A stretch of 64,000 bases of DNA from an uncultured Bacteroidales bacterium (GCA_902802265.1 CADCLN010000023.1:4116-68115); one strand, 5' to 3'; shown: positions 1 to 9,544, counted from the first letter of the stretch. The notes: a model not told the origin generated them from the sequence alone. Numbers and translations are program-made.

Positions 1-1295
1 CCAATGTTGAACGTGCAGTAGAACATGAAATACATCAGCAGCAGGAAGATGGGGTAGCCCCACACGGGGTTGGTCACGACGGCATCGATGCGTTTCGTCA
101 GCAGGCGGCCAGAGTGAATAGTTCTTTCGTAACATTCCCTCAGCGCACCCTGTACGAAACCGTACTTGGCATCGGTAATGGCTGACTCGCTGTCTTCTCC
201 GATTTCGTCCAAAATGGCTTGCTGGCAGAGGTCGCGTTCCTTGACGATGTCGTCGGCATTGGCAAGTTTGCGGATGATGCCCTCCACCTGACGGTCGTTC
301 TCCAGCATCTTGATGGCAAGGAAACGCCCCGAATAGTTGTGGTGTGGCTCTGGGTTCAGACGAATCAGAGTTTCTACCTTTTCGATGTTCTTTTCCAGCA
401 AATGCCCGTGATTCACATGAATGTGACGGAAGATGGTTTGGCGACCTTCTTCTATTTCAATGATTTGGTGGAACAGTTCCCTTACACCCTCACCTGTGCG
501 CCCCACGGTGGGCACGATGGGCACACCAAGCAGTATGCCCAGTTGCTGCATGTCGAGACGGGCACCGCTTGCCTTCAGTTCGTCGTACATGTTCAGAGCC
601 ATAATCATGGGCACGTCCATGTCGATGAGCTGTGTCGTCAGATAGAGATTGCGCTCCAGGTTGCTGGCATCCACCACGTTAATGATGAGGTCGGGGGTCT
701 TTTCGATGATGTATTTGCGCACATACAGTTCTTCTGGCGTATAGGCACTCAGCGAATACGTGCCAGGCAGGTCAACCAGATGGAAATGATAGCCTTCAAA
801 TTCAAACTCACCCATCTTGGCATCGACTGTCACACCTGAGTAGTTGCCCACCCGTTCATGTGCTCCGCTGGCGATGTTGAAGAGGGATGTCTTTCCGCAA
901 TTGGGATTGCCCACGAAGACCACGGTGAGTTCTCGCTCCTTCAGCTTTGCCACTCGTTTCATCAAGTCTTCACCCACCCGCTTGAAGTCGTTGCAGTCTT
1001 CAGCCTGAATGCCCCGATGAAAGATGGCTTCTTGTGTATGCAGGCGTTCCTCCACATATTGCATAGCTTCCGCTTCGTTTACCACTTCTACGAGTTCAGC
1101 CTCTGCACGTCGCAGACTCACCTCGTAGTCCATCACCTTGTATTTCACGGGGTCGCGCAGTGGAGCATTGAGTAGCACCTTGATGGTTTCACCCTTGATG
1201 AACCCCATCTCGACGATGCGTTTGCGAAATCCTCCGTGTCCATGCACATGTACAATGACGCCCGTTTCGCCAGTCTTCAGTTCCGAAAGTTTCAT
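1..1295 (-). CDS. feoB: FeoA-FeoB fusion ferrous-iron transporter (N-terminal ~431 codons; the C-terminus runs off the left edge of the window)
   Basis: Missing from the ORF track because the frame has no stop inside the window. My own reverse-strand translation starts at ATG complement(1293-1295). It reads MKLSELKTGETGVIVHVHGHGGFRKRIVEMGFIKGE (FeoA-like), VVFVGNPNCGKTSLFN (G1 P-loop), HLVDLPGTYSL (G3), ALNMYDE (G4 NMxD) and PVWGYPIFLLLMYFMFY (first TM segment). Confidence 0.9.
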   Translation of the reverse strand, partial: MKLSELKTGETGVIVHVHGHGGFRKRIVEMGFIKGETIKVLLNAPLRDPVKYKVMDYEVSLRRAEAELVEVVNEAEAMQYVEERLHTQEAIFHRGIQAEDCNDFKRVGEDLMKRVAKLKERELTVVFVGNPNCGKTSLFNIASGAHERVGNYSGVTVDAKMGEFEFEGYHFHLVDLPGTYSLSAYTPEELYVRKYIIEKTPDLIINVVDASNLERNLYLTTQLIDMDVPMIMALNMYDELKASGARLDMQQLGILLGVPIVPTVGRTGEGVRELFHQIIEIEEGRQTIFRHIHVNHGHLLEKNIEKVETLIRLNPEPHHNYSGRFLAIKMLENDRQVEGIIRKLANADDIVKERDLCQQAILDEIGEDSESAITDAKYGFVQGALRECYERTIHSGRLLTKRIDAVVTNPVWGYPIFLLLMYFMFYCTFNI

Positions 1296-1315
1296 GCCTA
1301 TCTGAATTTTGGCTG

Positions 1316-1323
1316 CAAAGTTA
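1316..1323 (-). promoter_or_regulatory. Bacteroidota -7 promoter box TAACTTTG for feoAB
   Basis: Plus-strand caaagtta is TAACTTTG on the minus strand (consensus TAnnTTTG). It lies about 21 nt upstream of the feoAB ATG. Confidence 0.6.
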
Positions 1324-1393
1324 CGGCGAAATTTTCATATAGGCAATACTTAAAACATAGTATTCGTGTTCTTTTTAGAACAACAGATTGAAT

Positions 1394-1597
1394 GGAGAAC
1401 CTGCTTACTTCTCCCATTTCAGTGGCAAAGTTCTCCCGTTGCGGTGGCAAAGTTCTCCCACTTCAGTAGCAAAGTTCTCCCGCTGCGGTGGCAATGCAGT
1501 GCGACGGCAGTGGGAGAACTTTGCTACTGAAGTGGCACAGTTCTCTGCCGGCAGCGAGAGAACTTTGCCACTGAAAGACGAGTGCAGTGTTGTCGAG
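1394..1597. repeat. 22-nt-register repeat array A (8 units, 1422-1597, preceded by a GGAGAA/TTCTCC hairpin)
   Basis: Units are gtggcaaagttctcccgttgcg, gtggcaaagttctcccacttca, gtagcaaagttctcccgctgcg, gtggcaatgcagtgcgacggca, gtgggagaactttgctactgaa (inverted core), gtggcacagttctctgccggca, gcgagagaactttgccactgaa (inverted core) and agacgagtgcagtg.. (degenerate). A 24-bp perfect stem pairs 1458-1481 with 1512-1535. Confidence 0.9.
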
Positions 1598-1647
1598 ACT
1601 AAAATTCAGTCTAAAATTTGCAAATGTTATATGCTGTAATAAGAAAA

Positions 1648-2595
1648 CTACAGCGGATAGTTCTCGAAGTCGTAGAGAACGGTGGAGAGGTAACGCTCGC
1701 CGGTGTCGGGCAAGAGGGCTACGATTTGTTTGCCTGCATTCTCTGGCAGACGTGCCAGTTCGGAGGCGGCATAGGCTGATGCACCCGACGAGATGCCGAC
1801 AAGGAGACCCTCGGTGGCAGCCAGTTTGCGGCTGGTGAGGATGGCTGCATCGTTGGGCACCTTGAAGATTTCATCGACAACAGCGCGATTGAAGGTCTGG
1901 GGCACGAAGCCTGCACCAATGCCCTGAATCTTGTGGGCTCCTGGGGCTTCGCCACTGAGGACGGCACTGCTGGCGGGTTCGGCGGCAACTATTTTAATAT
2001 GGGGGTTGAGTTCCTTCAGCCGTTTGCCTACACCAGAAACGGTTCCACCAGTACCTACACCTGCCACAAAGATGTCTATCTTGCCGTCGGTGTCGCGCCA
2101 GATTTCTTCGGCGGTGGTGCTGTAGTGGATAGCTGGGTTGGCTGGGTTTTCAAACTGTTGCAGGATGACTGCACCAGGGATGCTGTCGCGCAGTTCTTCT
2201 GCCTTGGCGATGGCTCCCTTCATGCCTGCTGTGCCTGGAGTGAGGACGACTTGTGCTCCGTATGCTTTTACAAGGTTGCGACGTTCTATGGACATGGTTT
2301 CGGGCATGGTGAGAATGAGTTTGTAGCCTTTGACGGCACTCACGAAGGCGAGTCCTACGCCTGTGTTGCCGCTGGTGGGTTCGATGATGGTGGCTCCTGG
2401 ACGGAGTATGCCACGGTCTTCAGCATCGCGAATCATGCTGAAAGCTACGCGATCTTTCACGGAACCTGCGGGATTGAAGTATTCCAGTTTGGCGATGACT
2501 TGTGCGCCGAGATTCTCCGACTGTGAATAGGACTGAAGGCGGAGCAGGGGGGTGTTGCCGATAAGTTCGGTCAGCTGTGTTGCAATTTTTGCCAT
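1648..2595 (-). CDS. cysK: Cysteine synthase A (O-acetylserine sulfhydrylase)
   Basis: 315 aa. N-terminus is [20 protein letters not shown]. Carries the PLP-lysine motif [15 protein letters not shown] and the GVGTGGT loop. Confidence 0.92.
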   Translation of the reverse strand: MAKIATQLTELIGNTPLLRLQSYSQSENLGAQVIAKLEYFNPAGSVKDRVAFSMIRDAEDRGILRPGATIIEPTSGNTGVGLAFVSAVKGYKLILTMPETMSIERRNLVKAYGAQVVLTPGTAGMKGAIAKAEELRDSIPGAVILQQFENPANPAIHYSTTAEEIWRDTDGKIDIFVAGVGTGGTVSGVGKRLKELNPHIKIVAAEPASSAVLSGEAPGAHKIQGIGAGFVPQTFNRAVVDEIFKVPNDAAILTSRKLAATEGLLVGISSGASAYAASELARLPENAGKQIVALLPDTGERYLSTVLYDFENYPL

Positions 2596-2674
2596 AATCT
2601 GTGTTGTGTTTTGAACGTTATTAATAATATAATATGTATATACGTAGGGACGGTGATGCGACCGTTTTCGGCTG

Positions 2675-2682
2675 CAAAGTTA
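2675..2682 (-). promoter_or_regulatory. -7 box TAACTTTG for cysK
   Basis: The sequence ggctgcaaagttacg contains caaagtta, which is TAACTTTG on the minus strand. It lies 80 nt upstream of the ATG. Confidence 0.55.
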
Positions 2683-2942
2683 CGATTTTTCGCATATATT
2701 GAACAAGAAAAGCCGTGGAATAAAGAAAATATTCCTGAAAATGTAGGTTTTGTCAGAATAATCGTTCAGTTTGAACATTTTTTCACTTTTTTCTTTACTT
2801 TATTTTTAGCGTTGTGGATAGGCTGGAAATCCTTTGCGAATGGGGGATGGCAGGCGAAAAAAGGGGCGGAAATGCTATGTTATGTCAATTGTGCACGGAC
2901 ACAAAAAGTGTGAAAAAGTTTGGCTGTTCCAAAAAAAGTCCG

Positions 2943-2950
2943 TACCTTTG
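2943..2950 (+). promoter_or_regulatory. -7 box TACCTTTG with -33 TTTG (2919-2922) for the 3052 gene
   Basis: The sequence aaagtccgtacctttgca has TTTG 20 nt upstream. The same 18-mer promoter core recurs at 42920. Confidence 0.6.
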
Positions 2951-3051
2951 CAGCGGAATTGAATGAAAACACGCTCAAAAACTCCCTGTGATGGGGTGTG
3001 CGTATGTTTTGAAAGAGATAATAATCAAGGACTAAAAAGAAAGGTAAAGTT

Positions 3052-3489
3052 ATGAAGAAATTCATGTTTTCATGCCTGATTGCATGGTCAGTAGCGTTCT
3101 CTTTATCGGCAGCTACTATAGATCTTGAAAAGAAATGGGCACCTGTGATTCGTGCCATAGCTCAAGTTGAAAGTGAAGGCAATCCGAAGATGGTAAGCAA
3201 GTGTGGCCGCTATGTGGGCTACCTGCAGATTTCAAAGATTTTGGTACGCGAATGTAATCAAATCCTCGGCAAGCAGGTTTACACTTACGATGACCGATAT
3301 GATAAGCAGAAGAGCATTGATATGTTTATCGTGTTCCAGGAACATTTCAATAAAGAAGGTAACACCGAAAAGGCTATCCGCTTGTGGAACTCTGGCGACC
3401 TGAACTGCATGAAACACAAATGCCCCACCGAGGGTTATTACCGCAGGGTGATGGCGAAGTTCACGGCTCAGGCTCAGGCAACGGAATAG
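3052..3489 (+). CDS. Small secreted lysozyme-like or lytic-transglycosylase-like protein
   Basis: 145 aa. Signal peptide is MKKFMFSCLIAWSVAFSLSA. The motif AQVESEGNP resembles the catalytic-Glu ES-x-x-NP motif of SLT/goose-lysozyme folds. The family call rests on this motif only. Confidence 0.55.
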   Translation: MKKFMFSCLIAWSVAFSLSAATIDLEKKWAPVIRAIAQVESEGNPKMVSKCGRYVGYLQISKILVRECNQILGKQVYTYDDRYDKQKSIDMFIVFQEHFNKEGNTEKAIRLWNSGDLNCMKHKCPTEGYYRRVMAKFTAQAQATE

Positions 3490-3518
3490 TTTTAACGGGA
3501 TAACCGATTACAAGAATT

Positions 3519-3570
3519 GAACGGATTTTTAGGTATGTGTTTTATCACTACTAAAAATCCGTTCATTTTA
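3519..3570. terminator. Bidirectional intrinsic terminator between convergent genes
   Basis: A 14-bp perfect stem, gaacggatttttag (3519-3532) with ctaaaaatccgttc (3551-3564), is followed by attttatttg. Confidence 0.7.
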
Positions 3571-3650
3571 TTTGATATTGGGTTGTGTTTTCACTCCTTC
3601 AATGTGATGGCCGTTCAATGTGTTTAATTCGTTGTTAAACATTTGCCGTT

Positions 3651-4133
3651 TTAACGACGTTTCAGGATGCTTTTTGCAACAGTCGTTGCATTGTCGTAAG
3701 CTTTTTCCCAGTCTGTGTTGAGGGGAAAGGGGATTGCCTTGCTTTCATCGACAACGGTGTTGGCTGGGTCTTGAAACAACGGGAACTTTTTGGCTGCATT
3801 TACGTAGCAACGCACCATTTCGTCGTGCTTTGCCCGTGACACTTTTTCTGCTGTACGGGTGTTGGTGAGAAAGTCGTCGATGAACGAAGTGAGGTTCACA
3901 GCCTGTGAGTCCAGAAAGTAACTGTCGCGTGTCTGCCCTTCCTGCTGACCTTTGGTCTTGAGGTAGTTGAGGGCTTCCAGCTTGAATCGGTTTTCTTGCT
4001 GTTCAGCAGCCGTGGCGGAGGGATTGTTCACAATGCTCTGCACCTTTTCATAGACAGCTTCGTAGAGTGTCTGTCCCTCCATAGGCTGAATGGCCATGGC
4101 CAGTGCCATAGCAGGGATGATGAGCTTCTTCAT
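3651..4133 (-). CDS. Hypothetical secreted protein
   Basis: I trimmed the ORF to the internal start MKKLIIPAMALAMAIQPMEG (signal-like). The longer start would overlap the prs stop. I recognised no family motif. Confidence 0.5.
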   Translation of the reverse strand: MKKLIIPAMALAMAIQPMEGQTLYEAVYEKVQSIVNNPSATAAEQQENRFKLEALNYLKTKGQQEGQTRDSYFLDSQAVNLTSFIDDFLTNTRTAEKVSRAKHDEMVRCYVNAAKKFPLFQDPANTVVDESKAIPFPLNTDWEKAYDNATTVAKSILKRR

Positions 4134-4176
4134 GCTTTTTTGTTTTAACGTTATTACGTTATTGTGCGTTTTTGCG

Positions 4177-5115
4177 TTAGAAATTAAATTCTTCGCTGAC
4201 ACTTTCGTCTTTCGATACACGGTCGATGGCTCTTGCGAACATGTCTGCCACGGAGAGTTGTTTCACTTTTGCACAGCGCAGCGAATAGGGGATGGAGTCG
4301 GTGAAGACGATTTCCTCCAGTGCGGAGTCTTGCACACGGTCGCTGGCTGGACCGGACATGATGCAGTGGCTGGCTATGGCACGGACGGAATTGGCACCTG
4401 CCTTCATCATTTCGTCTGCTGCACGGGTGATGGTTCCGGCTGTGTCAACCATGTCATCGACCAGTACGACATCCATGCCTTGCACGTCACCGATGATTTG
4501 GATAGCTGACACTTCGTTGGCACGGCTTCGTGTCTTGTGGCAGAGCACCAATGGCGCATTCAGTCGCTTGGCAAACAGAGCCGCACGTTTTGAACCACCT
4601 ACGTCGGGGGTAGCAATGGCGAGGTTGGGCAGGTTGAGTGAAGCGATGTAGGGGATGCAGATGAGCGAACCGTAGAGGTGGTCAACAGGTACGTTGAAGA
4701 AGCCCTGAATCTGGTCGGCATGGAGGTCCATTGTGATGAGACGGTCAATGCCAGCCACACTCAGCAGGTCGGCAACGAGTTTTGCGCCAATGCTCACACG
4801 GGGCTTGTCCTTACGGTCTTGTCGCGCCCAACCGAAGTAAGGGATGACGGCAATGATTTTTCTGGCACTGGCTCGCTTTGCCGCATCAATCATCAGCAGC
4901 AGTTCCATCAGGTTGTCACTGTTTGGGAAGGTGGATTGCACCAGATAAACATCTCTGCCGCGAATGGATTCCTCGAAAGAAACAGCAAATTCGCCGTCGG
5001 CAAAATGTGTGATGATAAGGTTGCCCAGCGGACAGCCCAAACTCTGGCAGATACGCTCAGCGAGGTATCTGGACTTTGTTCCTGAAAAAACCTTGAATGG
5101 TCGTCTTTCGCTCAT
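4177..5115 (-). CDS. prs: Ribose-phosphate pyrophosphokinase (PRPP synthetase)
   Basis: 312 aa. Carries VIPYFGWARQDRK, DLHADQIQGFF and the PRPP loop VLVDDMVDTAGT. Confidence 0.92.
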   Translation of the reverse strand: MSERRPFKVFSGTKSRYLAERICQSLGCPLGNLIITHFADGEFAVSFEESIRGRDVYLVQSTFPNSDNLMELLLMIDAAKRASARKIIAVIPYFGWARQDRKDKPRVSIGAKLVADLLSVAGIDRLITMDLHADQIQGFFNVPVDHLYGSLICIPYIASLNLPNLAIATPDVGGSKRAALFAKRLNAPLVLCHKTRSRANEVSAIQIIGDVQGMDVVLVDDMVDTAGTITRAADEMMKAGANSVRAIASHCIMSGPASDRVQDSALEEIVFTDSIPYSLRCAKVKQLSVADMFARAIDRVSKDESVSEEFNF

Positions 5116-5145
5116 GGTCGTCTAAGTGTTGGTTGAATTTTGCTG

Positions 5146-5153
5146 CAAAGGTA
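5146..5153 (-). promoter_or_regulatory. -7 box TACCTTTG for prs
   Basis: In tgctgcaaaggtaagc, caaaggta is TACCTTTG on the minus strand. It lies 31 nt upstream of the ATG. Confidence 0.55.
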
Positions 5154-5196
5154 AGCAATTTATATGAAGAATGAAGAATGAAGGATGAAAAATTGA

Positions 5197-5292
5197 GAAA
5201 CGAATTGCCCTAATTTTTCTTAATTTCATCCACAACTATCGTTTTAAGGTGATTTGTGAAAAAAATTATGACTAATTAGGATAATTCGTTTC
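5197..5292. repeat. 96-bp element bounded by 19-nt inverted repeats
   Basis: The arms are gaaacgaattgccctaatt (5197-5215) and aattaggataattcgtttc (5274-5292), matching at 17 of 19 positions. It is preceded by gaagaatgaagaatgaagg (5166-5184). Confidence 0.6.
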
Positions 5293-5330
5293 CAAAAGAA
5301 TCTGTTTGTAGATATGCTTTCTGTGCTTTA

Positions 5331-7688
5331 TTATTTCTTCAGCATTTCAATCATGGCCGCTGCGGCACGGCGACCGTCGCCCATGGCGAGGATAACTGTT
5401 GCACCACCACGCACGATGTCGCCACCTGCAAAGATGGTAGGAATGCTTGACTGCATCTGCTCGTTCACGGCGATGGTGTTCTTGCGACCCAGTTCCAGTC
5501 CTGCTACAGACTTCGGTACGAGTGGGTTAGGACTTACACCTACGGCAACGATAGCCATGTCGATGTCGCGTGTCACAATCTGACCCTCTACAGGGATAGG
5601 ACTGCGGCGACCGCTGGCATCGGGTTCGCCAAGTTCCATCACTTGCAGTTTCACCTGAGTGACGTTGCCCTTTTCGTCGGCAATGTATTCGATAGGATTG
5701 TGCAGGGTGAGGAATTCGATGCCTTCTTCTTTGGCGTGCTTCACTTCTTCCAGACGGGCTGGCATTTCTGCCTCGCTGCGACGGTAAGCAATGAAGACGT
5801 GTTCAGCACCGAGGCGCTTTGCTGTGCGGCAAGAGTCCATTGCGGTGTTACCACCGCCGACAACCATCACGCTCTTTGCCTTCACGATAGGTGTGTCGCT
5901 TTCGGGATTGCTGGCATCCATCAGGTTTACACGGGTAAGATATTCGTTGGACGACATGATGCCAACAGAGTTTTCACCTGGAATACCCATGAAGTTTGGC
6001 AGACCGGCACCGCTGGCAACGAAGATGGCTTTATAGCCTTCTGCTTCCAGCTGTTCGATGGTGATGGTCTTGCCGACAATGCAGTCTTTCACGAAGTTGA
6101 CACCAATCTTGCGGAGGTTCTCGATTTCCACATCCACAATGGCATTGGGCAGACGGAATTCAGGAATACCATACTTCAGTACACCGCCAATTTCGTGCAA
6201 TGCTTCAAAGACAGTCACATCGTAACCAGCCTTGGCCATGTCGCCAGCGCAGGAAAGTCCTGCAGGACCAGAGCCTACGATGGCCACTTTCACACCATTC
6301 TTGGGTGCACATTCTGGCAAAGCCATCTTGCCAGACTGACGCTCAAAGTCGGCAGCAAAGCGTTCCAGGTTACCGATGGCTACAGGCTTGTGACCCATCT
6401 TCAGGTGGATACACTTGCTTTCACACTGCTTCTCCTGTGGGCAGACACGTCCGCAGACGGCTGGCAATGCGCTGGTAGCTTTCAGCACCTTTGCTGCTTC
6501 GAGGAACTGTCCGCGCTCGATGTTCTTGATAAATGAAGGTATGTTGATGCTGACAGGGCAACCTTCCATACAGGAAGGCTTTGCACAGTCAAGACAACGC
6601 TTGGCTTCGGTCAGAGCCTGTTCTACGGTGAGACCAGTGTTCACTTCCTCGGTACGAGTCGTGGCACGATAGACAGGGTCAAGTTCACCCATCACGCAAC
6701 GCTCAATTTCGCCACGATCTTTGGGCTTGATGCTGGCTGCCAGTTCTTTGCGCCAAGCGGCGTTGCGGTCGGTCAGCTCTGCGAGCGGAGTGTCGTTGGT
6801 CATGCCTGTGGCATCGGCCGTCTTTTCTGTTGCTGGGGTATTGCAAGAAACGGGACCGGCACCATTGACATGGGCTTCCAGCTTCTTCATTTCTTCTATC
6901 TCGATGGGCTTGAAAGCACCCATACGCTTGAACATCTCGTCGAAATCCACTTCGTGACCGTCGAACTCAGGACCATCCACGCAGACGAACTTCGTCTTTC
7001 CGCCTACGGTGATACGGCAAGCACCGCACATACCTGTACCATCGACCATGATGGTGTTCAGACTCACGTCGGTCGATACATTATATTTCTTTGTCAACAG
7101 GCAGCAGAATTTCATCATGATGGCAGGACCGATGGCAAAACACTTGTCCACCTTCTCGCGCTGAATGACTTGCTCAATGCCGACAGTCACCACGCCTTTC
7201 TGGCCATACGAACCGTCGTCGGTCATGATGATGACCTCGTCACTGTGCTTGCGCACCTCGTCTTCCAGAATGATGAGTTCCTTTGTGCGTCCGGCCAATA
7301 CGCTGATGACACGGTTACCGGCAGCTTTCAGAGCTTTGATGATAGGAAGCATCGGGGCCACACCTACACCACCACCGGCACAAACCACGGTGCCGAAGTT
7401 CTCGATGTGGGTAGCCTGTCCCAGTGGACCTACCACGTCTGTGATGTAGTCACCTTCGTTCAGGCGGCAGAGTTTTGTGGAACTGTAGCCCACCGTCTGT
7501 ACCACCAGTGTGATGGTGCCAGCCTCTACATCGGAATCGGAGATGGTGAGTGGAATACGTTCACCTTTTTCACCTACGCGTACAATGACAAAATGTCCCG
7601 CTTTGCGTGACTTTGCAATCAGTGGAGCTTCAACTACAAACTTGAAGACTTTCTCGCTGAACTGCTCTTTCTTTACAATCTTGTTCAT
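5331..7688 (-). CDS. Fusion of a PyrK/ferredoxin-NADP-reductase-like subunit with a glutamate-synthase-small-chain (GltD)-like subunit (NfnAB-type oxidoreductase)
   Basis: 785 aa. The N-terminal half has RIPLTISD, GGGVGVAP and MCGACR. The C-terminal half has Cys clusters CLDCAKPSC..GCP and CGRVCPQEKQCESKC, plus Rossmann motifs VAIVGSGPAGLSCA and VVGGGNTAMD. Confidence 0.85.
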   Translation of the reverse strand: MNKIVKKEQFSEKVFKFVVEAPLIAKSRKAGHFVIVRVGEKGERIPLTISDSDVEAGTITLVVQTVGYSSTKLCRLNEGDYITDVVGPLGQATHIENFGTVVCAGGGVGVAPMLPIIKALKAAGNRVISVLAGRTKELIILEDEVRKHSDEVIIMTDDGSYGQKGVVTVGIEQVIQREKVDKCFAIGPAIMMKFCCLLTKKYNVSTDVSLNTIMVDGTGMCGACRITVGGKTKFVCVDGPEFDGHEVDFDEMFKRMGAFKPIEIEEMKKLEAHVNGAGPVSCNTPATEKTADATGMTNDTPLAELTDRNAAWRKELAASIKPKDRGEIERCVMGELDPVYRATTRTEEVNTGLTVEQALTEAKRCLDCAKPSCMEGCPVSINIPSFIKNIERGQFLEAAKVLKATSALPAVCGRVCPQEKQCESKCIHLKMGHKPVAIGNLERFAADFERQSGKMALPECAPKNGVKVAIVGSGPAGLSCAGDMAKAGYDVTVFEALHEIGGVLKYGIPEFRLPNAIVDVEIENLRKIGVNFVKDCIVGKTITIEQLEAEGYKAIFVASGAGLPNFMGIPGENSVGIMSSNEYLTRVNLMDASNPESDTPIVKAKSVMVVGGGNTAMDSCRTAKRLGAEHVFIAYRRSEAEMPARLEEVKHAKEEGIEFLTLHNPIEYIADEKGNVTQVKLQVMELGEPDASGRRSPIPVEGQIVTRDIDMAIVAVGVSPNPLVPKSVAGLELGRKNTIAVNEQMQSSIPTIFAGGDIVRGGATVILAMGDGRRAAAAMIEMLKK

Positions 7689-7732
7689 AATGATATTTTA
7701 TCTTTTTACCATGTTTATCGTAAAAAACGCTG

Positions 7733-7740
7733 CAAAGTTA
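7733..7740 (-). promoter_or_regulatory. -7 box TAACTTTG for the NfnAB-like gene
   Basis: The sequence cgctgcaaagttac lies 45 nt upstream of the ATG. Confidence 0.55.
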
Positions 7741-7839
7741 CAAAAAACAGATGGAAACTACGTGCTTTTTGTCAAAGAATCGTCTAAAATACTATCTTTT
7801 TTCTGTAAAACGTGCCAAAAGCAGTGTTTAACGAATCTG

Positions 7840-9369
7840 TTAAGGTTGAGTTTGTGTATTTACAATACTTTCACTGCTGCGAATGACCCACTCGGCGGTA
7901 TCAATCTCCAGACCTTCGCCTTTCAGCCAGAATGCGTAGTCAATGGAGTCGGTGGTTTCGACCAGGCGGCGGATATCGGTGAGGGGTTCGCCAGCAACTT
8001 CCTTGCAGACACTCCAAAATTCTTCCTCGGTGAAGCCGCGACGGTATTCTTTGTAGAAACGGTTGTAGAGCAGGCGCATGACATCATCGAGTGAACGCTG
8101 GTCGGCTGTCTTGCGGCGGATATCAATATCCATGAGCAGACCGATGATGGGACCTTTGAAGTAGTAGTTGATTCGCACGTCGCGAGCGTTATCGTCAGAA
8201 TTCATGAAGTTAAGCCAGATGTCGTAGCTGGATTGTCGGAGACTCTGATGGCGTTGTCCCTCATAGGGTGCATAGAGGGCGAAATAGGTGGAGAGCAGTT
8301 CCAGCCCTTCTTCTTCAGTGATTATGCCTGCATCGCGTAGCAGACGGTATTCGTAGTAACAAGTTAATCCCTCACTGACCCAAAGCATTGGCGTGATGGC
8401 TTCGTGGTCGTAGTCAAGCGGCCATAGTTCAGCGGGGCGTATGCACTTGACATTGTAAAGGTGGAAATACTCGTGAGCTACAAAGGCAAGAAACTTCACT
8501 TCAGCCTTCCGTGATGGAAATCGGTAGGTGCCATCAGTATAACAAGCCTGTGAGTTCAAGTGCTCCAGTCCGCCGCCACCAGCACCCATGTGGATGAGGC
8601 AGTAGTTGTCGTAGGGCACATCACCCATCAGTCGTGTGGCCGCAGAGACAATGCGGCGGAACTGTCCTTCAAAGTCCATGTCCTCTGCACCGTCGGGTGT
8701 TTCGAGAGCTATTTCGTAGTCGTGTCCCTCATGCGTGAATTTGTGCGTATAGAAGTTGCCGATGAGCAGGGGAGAGTCATAGAGCACGTCGAAGTCTGGG
8801 GCTGTGAAAGCAGAACTGTCGTCGGCATGTGGACGCATTCCAGTAGCAATATGCTGCCATCCGTCTGGCAGACGGAAGCGGACGGTCACAGCATGGTCTT
8901 GTTCGCCATCGACATACATGAAGACACCGTTTGGTGCCACAAAAGCAATGTCCCGCTCCACACGGCTTGATGCCACATTGCGCTGGTTGGCATAAATGCG
9001 GTAGGACACTTCGGCACATTTGTCGGCAGAGAGCTTGATACGCCAGCGGTTCATGCCCTCCTTATACCATGTGAGGATGCTGTCTTGAGAGTCTTGGGCC
9101 TTGAAATCTGTAAGGTGCTTGGCGAAGTCCAGCATTTCGTAGTAACCAGGTGCCCAGCGTGGCATAACCAACACCACTTCATCGGGAGCGTCGGCTCCAG
9201 CGGTGTAAGTGAGTTGCACGTTCAGGTAGTGCCTAACAGTGTCCATCTCGATGGTGTAGTCCATCGAGTAATCAGTCTGCTTATCCTTACAAGCAGTGAG
9301 CAGAGTCAACGCGGCAAATATCCAGATGAAATGGATTTTGCAAAAATAGGGTTTAACAAATAAATCCAT
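7840..9369 (-). CDS. M61-family (glycyl-aminopeptidase-like) zinc metallopeptidase lipoprotein
   Basis: 509 aa. Lipoprotein signal is ..FAALTLLTAC. The motif HEYFHLYNVKCIRP (HExxH) plus the downstream WVSEGLTCYYE match the M61 signature as I recall it. Confidence 0.75.
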   Translation of the reverse strand: MDLFVKPYFCKIHFIWIFAALTLLTACKDKQTDYSMDYTIEMDTVRHYLNVQLTYTAGADAPDEVVLVMPRWAPGYYEMLDFAKHLTDFKAQDSQDSILTWYKEGMNRWRIKLSADKCAEVSYRIYANQRNVASSRVERDIAFVAPNGVFMYVDGEQDHAVTVRFRLPDGWQHIATGMRPHADDSSAFTAPDFDVLYDSPLLIGNFYTHKFTHEGHDYEIALETPDGAEDMDFEGQFRRIVSAATRLMGDVPYDNYCLIHMGAGGGGLEHLNSQACYTDGTYRFPSRKAEVKFLAFVAHEYFHLYNVKCIRPAELWPLDYDHEAITPMLWVSEGLTCYYEYRLLRDAGIITEEEGLELLSTYFALYAPYEGQRHQSLRQSSYDIWLNFMNSDDNARDVRINYYFKGPIIGLLMDIDIRRKTADQRSLDDVMRLLYNRFYKEYRRGFTEEEFWSVCKEVAGEPLTDIRRLVETTDSIDYAFWLKGEGLEIDTAEWVIRSSESIVNTQTQP

Positions 9370-9429
9370 TCAAGTTTCGCTTGTTCTTTTTTTTACTTAT
9401 CTAAGGAACAAGTGTTTGTTCTTTTTTCT

Positions 9430-9544
9430 CTAAGGAATTTAGGAACCTTTAGCTCGGCGGTAGCCAATTTAGGATTTTTATCGATGCTCGCATCGACCTT
9501 CCTTGATTGGCTACCGCCGAGCTAAAGGTTCCTAAATTCCTTAG
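9430..9544. repeat. Large perfect palindrome (39-bp arms) between serS and the M61 gene; MITE-like or a giant terminator
   Basis: The arm ctaaggaatttaggaacctttagctcggcggtagccaat (9430-9468) is the exact reverse complement of 9506-9544. The 37-nt loop contains its own hairpin, tcgatg-ctcg-catcga. Imperfect pairing extends to about 9405-9566. Confidence 0.9.

Noticed and set aside
1388-1838. ORFs lying in the repeat arrays (1388-1639 and 1587-1838; likewise 14257-14561, 25967-26352, 34380-34667 and 40534-40844)
   Set aside because: Their sequences are just translations of the 22-nt repeats (recurrent ..GKVLPL.., ..ELCH.., ..NFATAVA..). Because 22 is not a multiple of 3, the peptide repeats drift through frames. 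They have no start context and overlap each other on both strands.
2611-3158. ORFs at 2611-2913 (+) and 2880-3158 (-) in the divergent cysK / 3052 promoter region; likewise 16603-16892 and 38791-39143
   Set aside because: They are AT-rich low-complexity translations spanning promoter boxes. They overlap each other or the starts of real genes. No motifs were found.
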